From an uncultured Ruminococcus sp. (GTDB lineage Bacteria; Bacillota; Clostridia; Oscillospirales; Ruminococcaceae), in NCBI GenBank assembly GCA_902767035.1, contig CACXFU010000016.1:1-43085 (forward strand): DNA of 43,085 bases. Reading direction: 5' to 3'. A model generated the notes under the pieces. The model made no database searches. It was given only the letters and a program-made list of their open reading frames with translations, and had not been told where the DNA came from. Position numbers and translations under genes: made by a program. Below, one piece after another: positions 1-8,686 of this stretch (positions are counted from its first letter, which is position 1; each line of letters opens with the position of its first letter).

Positions 1-7
1 GCCCCTG

Positions 8-1648
8 CTATTCAAGTCTTCCGTCGGGAAGGAGAATGATATGTCTCTGCTTGCCGCAGTCATCAAAGCGGATAGTCACTCTGCCGAGGTTGTAGTCAAC
101 GCTCTGTATCTGTGCCTTGGTCATTCTTGCGGCAGTTCTGAGCATACGCTCCTGCTTGCCGGAATATGAGCTGATATCATCTGAGGTGAAATACACGCTG
201 CCGAAAAGATGATTGATTATGGACAGAGACTGCTTCTGGCAGTGAGCGAGAGAAATGTTTTCATCTCTCAGAAGATAAACATCCGGGTCATTGAGAAAGG
301 CTCTGCCGTCCAGCTGGCGGCGGAAGATCGTGTTCAGCATTGAATTCTTGGTCGAGACGCGTTCTCTGTGAGTGAGACGCATAATGGGGTTGTCGTCCCA
401 TGTGAGACCTACATCACAGCCGATGCGGCAGTAATCCACCTTGCCAAAGGCCGCGCCCAGCGGCACTCCGCAGCCGAGTATCAGCTTGTCGCCCACACAC
501 TCGCGCAGGAAGTCCATAGCCTCGCACATTATCTGTCCCCTTGATCTGCCGTGCTGCGGTATCTCGCAGACTGCATAGAGGAAGTCAAGCTTCACAAGGT
601 CAAAGCCCCAGTCATCAAGGACGGTCCTGAATACCTCCCTGAGATAATCCCTGACCTCATCGTTATAAAAGTCGAGCACGTAGCTGCCGCTCCAGTTGCA
701 GCCGGCAGGCACCTCGTCGCCGTTCCTGTCATGAAGGAGCCAGTCCTTCTTCGTGTTATAGACAGCGCTTGTTTTCTCGCAGACGAACGGCGCCAGCCAC
801 AGCCCCGAAAGCATACCGTTCTCATGGATACGGTCGCTGATCTTCTTTATCCCCTCGGGGAACTTTGTATTGTTCAGAGAGAGCCAGTCGCCTACAGCGG
901 TCTGATAGCCGTCATCTATCTGGAAGATGTCCTGCTTATGGTCTGATGATATTATCGCGTCAAGGTCGTGAGAGAGCTTTGCATCGCTGATATCCTGATA
1001 ATGGTTGTACCAGCTGGTGTAGCCTGAGACGGGCTTTGCCTTTGGCGCAGGGATACCCATGAGCTCAAAGTATCTGTCAAAGACTTCGCTCTCTTTTCCC
1101 TCACCGAGATAAATGTCAAGGGCGTTAAATTCATCGGCGTAAGCCGCGCCCTCACAGTCGAGCCTGAACGTGATCTTGTCTTTTGCGGCATTTATACGTA
1201 TGAGCGTGAAGCCGTTTCTTTCACTCAGAGAGCCGAAAAGCCTGTACTCATCTGCGGAGCGCACATAGGCATAGGTAAAGCCGTGGAAACGCCCCTCTTT
1301 ATTCTTATACTTCACGAAATTATAGTCGCCGTACTTATCAAAGTTATACTTCTCCACCAGCGGTGCAGGGATATGGTCTATCCCCCTTGTCTTTTCATCG
1401 GGAGAATACTCGCGTCTGTCCGTCCAGGACTGATAGCCGTTTACAAAAATGCGGTCGTCCATAGTTACCGGCAAAAATGCCGAAGCCTTTATCTCTTTGA
1501 AGATGAGCTCCTTTTTCGGGCTGAGCTTCAGTGTCAGCCTTTCATCGGTCAATATCACCCTTGCGGAAAGCTCATCGCATTCAAGCTCGGAGGAGAACTC
1601 GTATGAGCTCTCCTGCGTGCTTATTTTTATCTTAATATTTTCAAGCAT
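8..1648 (-). CDS. GH36-family alpha-galactosidase (cytoplasmic)
   Basis: 546 aa; GH36/clan-D motifs YTSWY, FQIDDGYQ, GLWLAPF, VKLDF (nucleophile Asp), RIGCD (acid/base), NDPD; no signal peptide; overlaps the MFS stop by 8 nt. Confidence 0.88.
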   Translation of the reverse strand: MLENIKIKISTQESSYEFSSELECDELSARVILTDERLTLKLSPKKELIFKEIKASAFLPVTMDDRIFVNGYQSWTDRREYSPDEKTRGIDHIPAPLVEKYNFDKYGDYNFVKYKNKEGRFHGFTYAYVRSADEYRLFGSLSERNGFTLIRINAAKDKITFRLDCEGAAYADEFNALDIYLGEGKESEVFDRYFELMGIPAPKAKPVSGYTSWYNHYQDISDAKLSHDLDAIISSDHKQDIFQIDDGYQTAVGDWLSLNNTKFPEGIKKISDRIHENGMLSGLWLAPFVCEKTSAVYNTKKDWLLHDRNGDEVPAGCNWSGSYVLDFYNDEVRDYLREVFRTVLDDWGFDLVKLDFLYAVCEIPQHGRSRGQIMCEAMDFLRECVGDKLILGCGVPLGAAFGKVDYCRIGCDVGLTWDDNPIMRLTHRERVSTKNSMLNTIFRRQLDGRAFLNDPDVYLLRDENISLAHCQKQSLSIINHLFGSVYFTSDDISSYSGKQERMLRTAARMTKAQIQSVDYNLGRVTIRFDDCGKQRHIILLPDGRLE

Positions 1649-3029
1649 CGTTTTCTTCCTTTCCCTCAGCGATCACTGACGTTATCTTCTTCTCGTTATA
1701 GAGAGCGAGAATGATACCGCCGATAAGGCAGAGCGCAGCTGCGACTGCTGCCGTGAGTCTCAGGCCGAAGCCGTTTTCTCCTATTCCCTTTATAGATGTG
1801 AACAGCACCATTGCCAGCGCCTGACCCAGCTTCATTGCAAAGGTCCTTGCTGCGAAGAACATACCCTCGCGGCTCTCACCTGTTTTGATGCTGTCAGCCT
1901 GTGCAACGTCAGCAACGATAGCCTGAGGAAGGATACCCAGTATTGCCATAGGTATCGCTGCGAGAACAGCTATCGCAAGGCCGTTCGCCATTTTGCCCAT
2001 TCCGAGCTTGCCTGCAAAGGCAGTGAATGCGAATACGCAGCTGAAGAACACAAATGCGAAAATAACGAGCTTTTTCTTGCCGAGCTTTTTAGCCACTATA
2101 TTTACAGGTGCGTAGAACACAAGGCTCATTCCCGTCATCACGGCGAAGAGCAGGAAGGTCTTGTCAGCGCCGAGACCTATGAGAGATGTGATGTAGAACG
2201 AAAGGCCGGTCTGGAACATCGTGAGTGCCAGCCAGTAGAAGATGTCTGATGCGACGAACTTGCGGAACTCTCCGTTTTTGAACGTCTTTGAAAGAGATGC
2301 GAAAGCAGGCGTCTCTGACGGGGTAGTGTCAACATAATCGGCCTCTTTGATGCCGAAAACGGGCACCAGCATACAAACTGCCGCAACTGCCGCAAGTATG
2401 CCAATGGTCACTCTGAACGAATTTGCATAGCCGAGGGAATCACGCATAAAGCCTGCTATGTTCGGAACAAGATAGCTTATAGCGTTACCGATAAAGAACG
2501 TAACTGAAATATAGGTCGATACGTTTATCCTGTCCTTGGGGTCGCGGCCGAGTTCAGGGAGAAGAGCGTTGTACGGCGTGCAGTAGATAGTCATAAACAA
2601 ATAGAAAAGGAGCAGTGTCACCAGCAGGAAGCCGTTATTGAACCAGACACTTCCGCCAGTCGGCTTTGAGCCGAACGCACCGACAGGTGATACGAATATC
2701 AGCACTGTCATAGCTGCAAACGGTATAGCAATAGCCCTCATGAACGGTATACGCCTGCCGTCCTTGTGGCGGCTGCGGTCGGATTTAGAGGCTATCCACG
2801 GGTCGGTAACTGCGTCAAAGAGTCTTCCTGTTGCGGTGATAAGGCCAATAACGGTCAGGCCGAGGAAGATGCTGCCCTGTGTGATGAAATACTTCTGCCC
2901 AAGCTTGATCTCCGAATTCTCAGGCATATAGAAAAATACCAGCCAGTTTGAAACGATACCCGAAAGCATAGACCAGCCGAGCTGACCTATCGCGAATATC
3001 CAAAGGATCTTGTTAGTCACTTTTTTCAT
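1641..3029 (-). CDS. MFS transporter, glycoside-pentoside-hexuronide (MelB-like) family
   Basis: About 12 hydrophobic segments; GRLFDAVTDPWIASKSDR...GRRIPF and PYNALLPEL motifs; GGAGG SD before ATG 3029. Confidence 0.88.
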   Translation of the reverse strand: MKKVTNKILWIFAIGQLGWSMLSGIVSNWLVFFYMPENSEIKLGQKYFITQGSIFLGLTVIGLITATGRLFDAVTDPWIASKSDRSRHKDGRRIPFMRAIAIPFAAMTVLIFVSPVGAFGSKPTGGSVWFNNGFLLVTLLLFYLFMTIYCTPYNALLPELGRDPKDRINVSTYISVTFFIGNAISYLVPNIAGFMRDSLGYANSFRVTIGILAAVAAVCMLVPVFGIKEADYVDTTPSETPAFASLSKTFKNGEFRKFVASDIFYWLALTMFQTGLSFYITSLIGLGADKTFLLFAVMTGMSLVFYAPVNIVAKKLGKKKLVIFAFVFFSCVFAFTAFAGKLGMGKMANGLAIAVLAAIPMAILGILPQAIVADVAQADSIKTGESREGMFFAARTFAMKLGQALAMVLFTSIKGIGENGFGLRLTAAVAAALCLIGGIILALYNEKKITSVIAEGKEENDA

Positions 3030-3046
3030 ATGTTTTTCCTCCATGC

Positions 3047-3688
3047 TCAGATCTCAATACTTTTTATTGCCATATCAATAATGAACTGCATCTCGTACTC
3101 TGCGTTCTCGCTCTCGCCCATGAACACATCGCCCCTCGAGAACTTCTCGCCCATAAGCATAAGCGCGTGCGTCACGGAAATGTACATCGTCCTGAAATCA
3201 ACGTCAGTCCTCGTGCTCCCGTCGCGGCAGCCGTTCATGTAGGCGTCCTCAAACAGAGGAAAAAAGTTCATTACGCTCTGCTCATATTCCTTCAGCTCCT
3301 CAGGCGGCACCTTTTCACGTATCACGAACCTGTCAAAGCTGTCGATGAACCTCAGAAAATCCTTGTGAGAGCTGTAAAGCACCCTGAACACCTTCATAAG
3401 CTCCCTTATCTGCTCTATGCCGGTCTTATCCTTATAATAGTCACACTCGAAAACACCGTCGAACAGCGCCTTTACCGACCTCCAGAGCATACATCCGGCC
3501 TTTATCACTATGACCGACTTTGTGCCGAAATATCTGTAAAGCGAGGCCACTCCTATCTCGCTCTTCTCGGCAATGTCGTTCATCGTGATATCATCTATGT
3601 CCTGCTCCAGAAGCATCTTCGCCGTCACCCTGACCGCTTCGTCCATGCGGTCTTTTCTGGCGTTGTCAAGAATTTTTTTGTAATCCAC
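3047..3688 (-). CDS. TetR/AcrR family transcriptional regulator
   Basis: N-terminal HTH ITMNDIAEKSEIGVASLYRYFGTK; GTG start with AAAGGAG SD. Confidence 0.92.
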   Translation of the reverse strand: MDYKKILDNARKDRMDEAVRVTAKMLLEQDIDDITMNDIAEKSEIGVASLYRYFGTKSVIVIKAGCMLWRSVKALFDGVFECDYYKDKTGIEQIRELMKVFRVLYSSHKDFLRFIDSFDRFVIREKVPPEELKEYEQSVMNFFPLFEDAYMNGCRDGSTRTDVDFRTMYISVTHALMLMGEKFSRGDVFMGESENAEYEMQFIIDMAIKSIEI

Positions 3689-3717
3689 TTGACAAATGCT
3701 CCTTTCTGTGATAGAAT
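3689..3717 (+). promoter_or_regulatory. SigA promoter for the 3811 gene
   Basis: TTGACA (3689-3694), 17-bp spacer, TGn-TAGAAT (-10 at 3712-3717). Confidence 0.75.
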
Positions 3718-3745
3718 GATTATCATACTGATAGTAAGTCTATCA
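3709..3745. promoter_or_regulatory. Tandem palindromic operators TGATAG-N5-(C/T)TATCA, likely TetR sites
   Basis: 3709-3725 TGATAGaatgaTTATCA and 3729-3745 TGATAGtaagtCTATCA; 20-bp period; each covers a -10 box. Confidence 0.78.
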
Positions 3746-3765
3746 TACTTTCCCTGATTTGTCAA
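3737..3765 (-). promoter_or_regulatory. SigA promoter for tetR-MFS-GH36
   Basis: Minus strand TTGACA (3760-3765), 17 bp, TGn-TAGACT (3737-3742). Confidence 0.72.
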
Positions 3766-3810
3766 GGGGTTTTAAAAATTTGATCAGAAAAATCTTACGG
3801 AGGTAGCATT

Positions 3811-5268
3811 ATGGACAGATCGTCAAGCATTTTCGCAAACAAGATGAAAGAGTCGGACGTAAAGAAGGCAAGGGCCAAGGCTGAGAGCATGGCGGCCAAG
3901 TACGGTGATGACAGAGAAAAGGTGTATCATCTGGCGGCAGCTGATAACGATGTTGTGGGAGGACCGCTCGGAGTTAAGGTGCTGAAGCTCTCTGACGAGC
4001 CTTTGGAGATAGACAAGGACAAGAGCATTATAATCGGCAATATCAGAATGGGCTTCGGCCACTACCGCATATCAATGGCGATAGCTTCAGCTGCACATTC
4101 TATGGGATATACTCCCTACTGGTTCGATCTCAATTCATTTGATGGCACGACCGCGACAAAGATCATTTCCTCACAGAACGACCTTTACTCGCTGGGCTCC
4201 CGTATCTCTCAGAAGAGCGTTGTTTTCAACAAGACCGTCTGGGAGCCTATGAACAGCGAGGGCTTCAGAAAGCTTACCTACAACTGCTCCGATCAGGCTG
4301 TGAGTGAGCTGATGACTGCGCTTTACCGCGATCTGCCGAAGGATATACCGTTTGCGGCTACTCATGTATGGCCTGCACAGGCGGCTGTTCATGCCGGGCT
4401 TACGAATGTTGTTAATGTTGTTCCCGATAACTGGCCTATGGCGCTGCACCTTGCTGAGGGCGCACTTCACACGGTCCAGACCGAGAGCGCTTATCTGGGC
4501 TACAAGGTCCTCAGGGGAATGGACAAGAGCCGCACTTTAAGGCCTATGCCCGACGGCGACATTGCTTTCACAGGCCACTATATAGATCATGAGCTGGTAT
4601 CAAATATCGAGGCTGACTGCGAGCGCAGGATAAAGAGGCTTGATGAGGGCAAGGCAAAGAGATATCTTCTGACAATAGGCGGCGCAGGCGCACAGCAGGA
4701 TATCTTCATTTCCGTGATAAGACAGCTTATAAAGCAGATAAAGAAGGAGAAGGCAGTTCTGTTTATAAACCTCGGCGACCACTACGAGGTATGGGAGAAG
4801 ATAAAGGAGACTCTGCCCGAGCTTGAGAGCCTGACTACTGAGCATATCAACGATTTTGCTGAGACATCTGAGTTTGCGGCTGCGGCTCTTGACGGCGAAG
4901 TGAGCGGAGTTCACGCATTCTGCCATAAGGATATTTTTGCGGCTGTATATTCAACGAACCTCCTTATGAGGTGCTGCGATGTGCTCATCACAAAGCCCAG
5001 TGAGCTTGCCTTCTATCCCGTGCCTAAGCTTATGATAAAGAGAGTCGGCGGCCACGAGGCGTGGGGCGCTGTGAGAGCTGCCGAGATCGGTGACGGAACG
5101 TTTGAGTGTACCTCAGTGCGTGAGATCTGCGGAATGCTGGCAGTTATGCAGCGTGAGGACAGCGTTATCCGCTTCCTGTGCGAGAACATAGTTCGCAACA
5201 AGCGAAACGGCGTTTATGACGGCGCTTACAGAGTTGTAGAGCTTGCCGTACGCGGAAGAAAACAGTGA
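3811..5268 (+). CDS. Uncharacterised protein with GT-B glycosyltransferase (GT28/MGDG-synthase/MurG-like) motifs
   Basis: 485 aa; GGAGG SD; motifs in GT28 order: MGFGH, ATHVWP, VVPD, FTGHYID, IGGAGA, LMRCCDVLITKP, GGHE. Confidence 0.6.
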   Translation: MDRSSSIFANKMKESDVKKARAKAESMAAKYGDDREKVYHLAAADNDVVGGPLGVKVLKLSDEPLEIDKDKSIIIGNIRMGFGHYRISMAIASAAHSMGYTPYWFDLNSFDGTTATKIISSQNDLYSLGSRISQKSVVFNKTVWEPMNSEGFRKLTYNCSDQAVSELMTALYRDLPKDIPFAATHVWPAQAAVHAGLTNVVNVVPDNWPMALHLAEGALHTVQTESAYLGYKVLRGMDKSRTLRPMPDGDIAFTGHYIDHELVSNIEADCERRIKRLDEGKAKRYLLTIGGAGAQQDIFISVIRQLIKQIKKEKAVLFINLGDHYEVWEKIKETLPELESLTTEHINDFAETSEFAAAALDGEVSGVHAFCHKDIFAAVYSTNLLMRCCDVLITKPSELAFYPVPKLMIKRVGGHEAWGAVRAAEIGDGTFECTSVREICGMLAVMQREDSVIRFLCENIVRNKRNGVYDGAYRVVELAVRGRKQ

Positions 5269-5275
5269 TTACACC

Positions 5276-5317
5276 TGCCGCCCGTGGAAGCTATCTTCTC
5301 ACGGGCGGCATTTTTTT
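5276..5317 (+). terminator. Rho-independent terminator
   Basis: TGCCGCCCGTG...CACGGGCGGCA followed by a T-run. Confidence 0.85.
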
Positions 5318-5672
5318 ACAGCTGTATTTATTAAAATTCGGTAACAAGAAGATTTTTGGACAGTTGAAAATTCAGGTTTCACGATCGAAAAAATGTTGAA
5401 AACTCTGTTGAAAGTGTTAAAAACTCAGTGATTTTTCAGTTCAGACCCTCCCCGAAGACATAACTTTTCAACATCAGTCCGTTTTTTCACACGGTTATCA
5501 CATATTACAAACCTGTAATAATAGATAATTTTGTCCAGAAAAACGTACTTTTGCTATTTTTCTCCAACAAAGCGACACAATGATCCATACTTCCCCGAAA
5601 CCGCGCAGATACGTAGGATAAGTGCATATCTGCGCGGTAATTCTGTCATTTATATCAAATTAATAAATTATG

Positions 5673-5701
5673 TTGACATATTAAACCGAATGTGATATAC
5701 T
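5673..5701 (+). promoter_or_regulatory. SigA promoter of the ABC exporter
   Basis: TTGACA, 17 bp, TGn-TATACT. Confidence 0.8.
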
Positions 5702-5743
5702 ATATCTGTGCCATCAGGCAGAACAAATTTAAGGAGGGACCGT

Positions 5744-6484
5744 ATGGAAAACGTATTAGAGGTCAAAGGCCTCGGCAAGCAGTATGTTCCGGGCGTCTAT
5801 GCGTCTAAGGACGTAACGTTCAGCATTGCCAAGGGCGAGATCTTTGCACTTATCGGACCAAACGGCGCAGGAAAAACAACAACGATAAGAACGATCGCGA
5901 CGCTTCTCAAAACGACCGAGGGCGATGCTCTTGTCAGCGGACACAGCATTCTGACAGAGCCTGAAGAGGTCAGAAAATGCATAACCTATCTGCCGGACGA
6001 GGCAGGCGCTTACAAGAATATGACGGGTAAGGGCTATCTTGAATTTATGGCGTCTATCTACGCTGAGACAGGCGAGCAGGCGCTGGAGTATTTCAGGACG
6101 GGCTGTGAGATCTGTGAGCTGGGTGACAGGCTCAACGACAAGATATCGAGCTATTCAAGAGGTATGACAAGAAAGCTCCTGCTTGCAAGAGCAATAATGC
6201 CGAAGCCCGATCTGGCTATACTTGACGAGCCGACCTCGGGACTTGATATACTTAACGCTATCGAGATCAGAAAGACTATTAAGGATCTTGCGGCAGAGGG
6301 AATGAGCTTCCTGCTCTCCTCTCACAATATGCTGGAGATCGAGTATGTTTCCGACAGAGTGGGCATTATCGCCAAGGGTATGCTGCTTGAGACAGGCAAG
6401 CCCGAAGAGCTCATCGAGAAATATGAAGCACGAAATCTTGAAGAAGTATTTGAAAAGGTGGTGAAGCTGCGTGAAATTCTATAA
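5744..6484 (+). CDS. ABC transporter ATP-binding subunit (NatA/ABC-2-type exporter)
   Basis: Walker A GPNGAGKTT, signature YSRGM, Walker B ILDEPT, H-loop SSH; AAGGAGG SD before ATG 5744. Confidence 0.92.
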   Translation: MENVLEVKGLGKQYVPGVYASKDVTFSIAKGEIFALIGPNGAGKTTTIRTIATLLKTTEGDALVSGHSILTEPEEVRKCITYLPDEAGAYKNMTGKGYLEFMASIYAETGEQALEYFRTGCEICELGDRLNDKISSYSRGMTRKLLLARAIMPKPDLAILDEPTSGLDILNAIEIRKTIKDLAAEGMSFLLSSHNMLEIEYVSDRVGIIAKGMLLETGKPEELIEKYEARNLEEVFEKVVKLREIL

Positions 6485-7790
6485 CCTTTTCAAAAAAGAG
6501 CTTAAAGATATGTTCAATATGCAGACTATACTCACTATGGTCGGCATAGTTGCACTGCTGATGGTAGTCGGCAACATCTTCTCGGACTCTGTATCAGAAA
6601 GTGCCAAGAAGAGCGGAGATATCGTTATCTGCGATATGGATAAGACCGACTTTACCAAGAGCGTCATCGCGGAGCTTAAAAAGGTGACCGAGGACAATGA
6701 CGGAACTCTTACAGAGGTCGAGATAAAGTCAGAGGACTACTCAAAGGAGCTCAAAAGGATAGACCAGAAGCAGGTAGTTATAATCCCTGAGGGCTTTACC
6801 GAGCTCGTTTCACAGCATAAGACCGCAAAGATTACCTTTGTTCAGAGAATGACCTCACTTGCTATGATGTCAAACCTCAACACAGGCTCTGCCAATACGT
6901 TTGAGACCTTCTCGGCGGCAGTAAAGTCAACAATCTATGCTCAGAAGCTTAGCGAAAACAAGATAACCGAGGAAGAGATCAAACAGCTTGAAGACCCTGT
7001 TGAACTCGAAGAGATGACTGTTATAGGCAGCAAGCAGGAGGAGATAAGCAGCTCTCTCATAATGAGCATCTGCACATCTCAGAATATGGTAGTGCCTATC
7101 ATACTGTTCGTGCTGATAATGTTCGCATCTCAGATGATACTGAACGCCATCTCTACAGAGAAGATAGACAAGACACTTGAAACTCTTCTCTCCGCACCTG
7201 TGTCGAGAATATCGGTGCTCGCTGCAAAGACACTGTCTGCCGCACTTGTTGCAGGTGTTCAGGCAGCGGCCTTTATGTTCGGCACCAGCCAGATGACCAG
7301 CGGAATGACAGGCGGTCTCGGCCTTGATTCTGACAAGTTCACCAAGGCTCTTGAAAACCTCGGCCTTACCCTTTCGATACCGCAGTACATACTCGTCGGC
7401 ATTCAGATGTTCCTCTCTATACTGATAGCTCTCTGTGTCGCACTGATACTCGGAGTTCTTGCAAAGGATGCAAAGTCAGCTCAGACACTGCTTATGCCGA
7501 TAACGATATCCACAATGATACCGTACTTCCTCTCAATGATGGCAGATATCTCTACTCTGCCGGTCATTCTCAGGTATATAGTATATGCGATACCGTTCTC
7601 TCACACATTTATGGCGACCGAGAACGTTATGTTCTCAAATATGACCCTCTACGTCGGAGGACTTATCTATCAGGTCATTTTCTTAGCCGTCTGCATGAAG
7701 GTAGCTCTCTCGATATTTATGAGCGATAAGATCTTCACTATGTCACTCGGTGAAAAGAAAACAAAGAACAAAAAAGCTAAAAACGCATAA
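6471..7790 (+). CDS. ABC-2 type permease (NatB-like)
   Basis: N-terminal TM, large extracellular loop, about 5 C-terminal TMs; EKIDKTLETLLSAPVSR motif; overlaps the ATPase gene. Confidence 0.88.
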   Translation: MKFYNLFKKELKDMFNMQTILTMVGIVALLMVVGNIFSDSVSESAKKSGDIVICDMDKTDFTKSVIAELKKVTEDNDGTLTEVEIKSEDYSKELKRIDQKQVVIIPEGFTELVSQHKTAKITFVQRMTSLAMMSNLNTGSANTFETFSAAVKSTIYAQKLSENKITEEEIKQLEDPVELEEMTVIGSKQEEISSSLIMSICTSQNMVVPIILFVLIMFASQMILNAISTEKIDKTLETLLSAPVSRISVLAAKTLSAALVAGVQAAAFMFGTSQMTSGMTGGLGLDSDKFTKALENLGLTLSIPQYILVGIQMFLSILIALCVALILGVLAKDAKSAQTLLMPITISTMIPYFLSMMADISTLPVILRYIVYAIPFSHTFMATENVMFSNMTLYVGGLIYQVIFLAVCMKVALSIFMSDKIFTMSLGEKKTKNKKAKNA

Positions 7791-7796
7791 AGAAAT

Positions 7797-7833
7797 GCCG
7801 CTCCCACAAATAAATGTGAGAGCGGCTGTTTTT
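7797..7833 (+). terminator. Terminator between convergent genes
   Basis: GCCGCTC...GAGCGGC followed by TGTTTTT. Confidence 0.7.
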
Positions 7834-8149
7834 ATAAAGACATATTATTCAGATCTATTCCGCCATAGACTATACGCAGAATTATTACAGAACCCATGCT
7901 TTCGTCCACTGAATAAAACACAGTGTAGTTATCGACCGGCATTTTATGTATATTCCTATCATCATTCGACCGACCTTTAAACACTTCGTATTTCAACGGA
8001 AAATAATCAAGATCCTTTATCGCATTTCGTATACGGCGTACCTGCTTTTCAGCAACGATCTTTTCTTGGAGTTTATAAGCTATATAAGCATATATATCTT
8101 TGATATCAAGTCTGGCTTCCGGAGAATACATCACAACATATGTCCTCAT
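7832..8149 (-). CDS. RelE/ParE family type II toxin
   Basis: 105 aa; YSPEARLDIKDIYAYIA...VDNYTVFYSVDE...VIILRIVYG pattern; start overlaps the antitoxin stop (ATGA). Confidence 0.85.
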   Translation of the reverse strand: MRTYVVMYSPEARLDIKDIYAYIAYKLQEKIVAEKQVRRIRNAIKDLDYFPLKYEVFKGRSNDDRNIHKMPVDNYTVFYSVDESMGSVIILRIVYGGIDLNNMSL

Positions 8150-8451
8150 ATGCCAAACTCCTTTTTAATCTCTGCATCTATTTCTTCAACAGTATAGGTT
8201 TTGCCGCTTTTCAGCGAATCTATCCCCTTCTGAAGCTCGGCCTCCTGCTCCTCGGGAGTAAGAGCACCCCATGCTACAGGCTTTCTGTACGGGAGCTTTG
8301 CCTCGAACGGCAAACCTCTCTGAAGAACTATCTGGCTGTAAAGCATCTGTATCGCGCTTGACGGCGTGATGCCGAGCTGCGCCAGTATCTCCTCTGCGTT
8401 TTCTTTGAGATCATTGTCTATCCTTGCGTATACTGCTGATGTGTTTGCCAT
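8146..8451 (-). CDS. RelB/DinJ family antitoxin
   Basis: 101 aa from ATG 8451 (AGGAG SD); VYARIDNDLKENAEEILAQLGITPSSAIQM...GLPFE ribbon-helix-helix pattern. Confidence 0.88.
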   Translation of the reverse strand: MANTSAVYARIDNDLKENAEEILAQLGITPSSAIQMLYSQIVLQRGLPFEAKLPYRKPVAWGALTPEEQEAELQKGIDSLKSGKTYTVEEIDAEIKKEFGI

Positions 8452-8602
8452 AATATCACTCTCCTGATCATATAAATTCTCCATTTTGCTGAACTTTTTG
8501 TTCGCCCTCACCGCTGAAGCGACTGAGGAAAGACCGGAAAAAGGTATTCTCACATACGGGGGAGATACCATTTTTCCGCGGAGTTTTACAACCTCCAAAT
8601 AC

Positions 8603-8631
8603 ATTATACACCATTTTGAAAGCAATTGCAA
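8603..8631 (-). promoter_or_regulatory. Promoter of the TA operon
   Basis: TTGCAA, 17 bp, TATAAT on the minus strand; adjacent TTGCAA repeats may be autoregulatory operators. Confidence 0.62.
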
Positions 8632-8644
8632 GCTTTTGCAAGCA

Positions 8645-8686
8645 AAAAGTTCACGAACACAACGCTGTGTCCGTGAACTTTTATTT
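8645..8686. terminator. Bidirectional-type terminator after rqcH
   Basis: AAAAGTTCACG.ACAC...GTGT.CGTGAACTTTT. Confidence 0.75.

Noticed and set aside
5380-5520. oriC
   Set aside because: Boxes are degenerate, and no dnaA/dnaN/rpmH context is present
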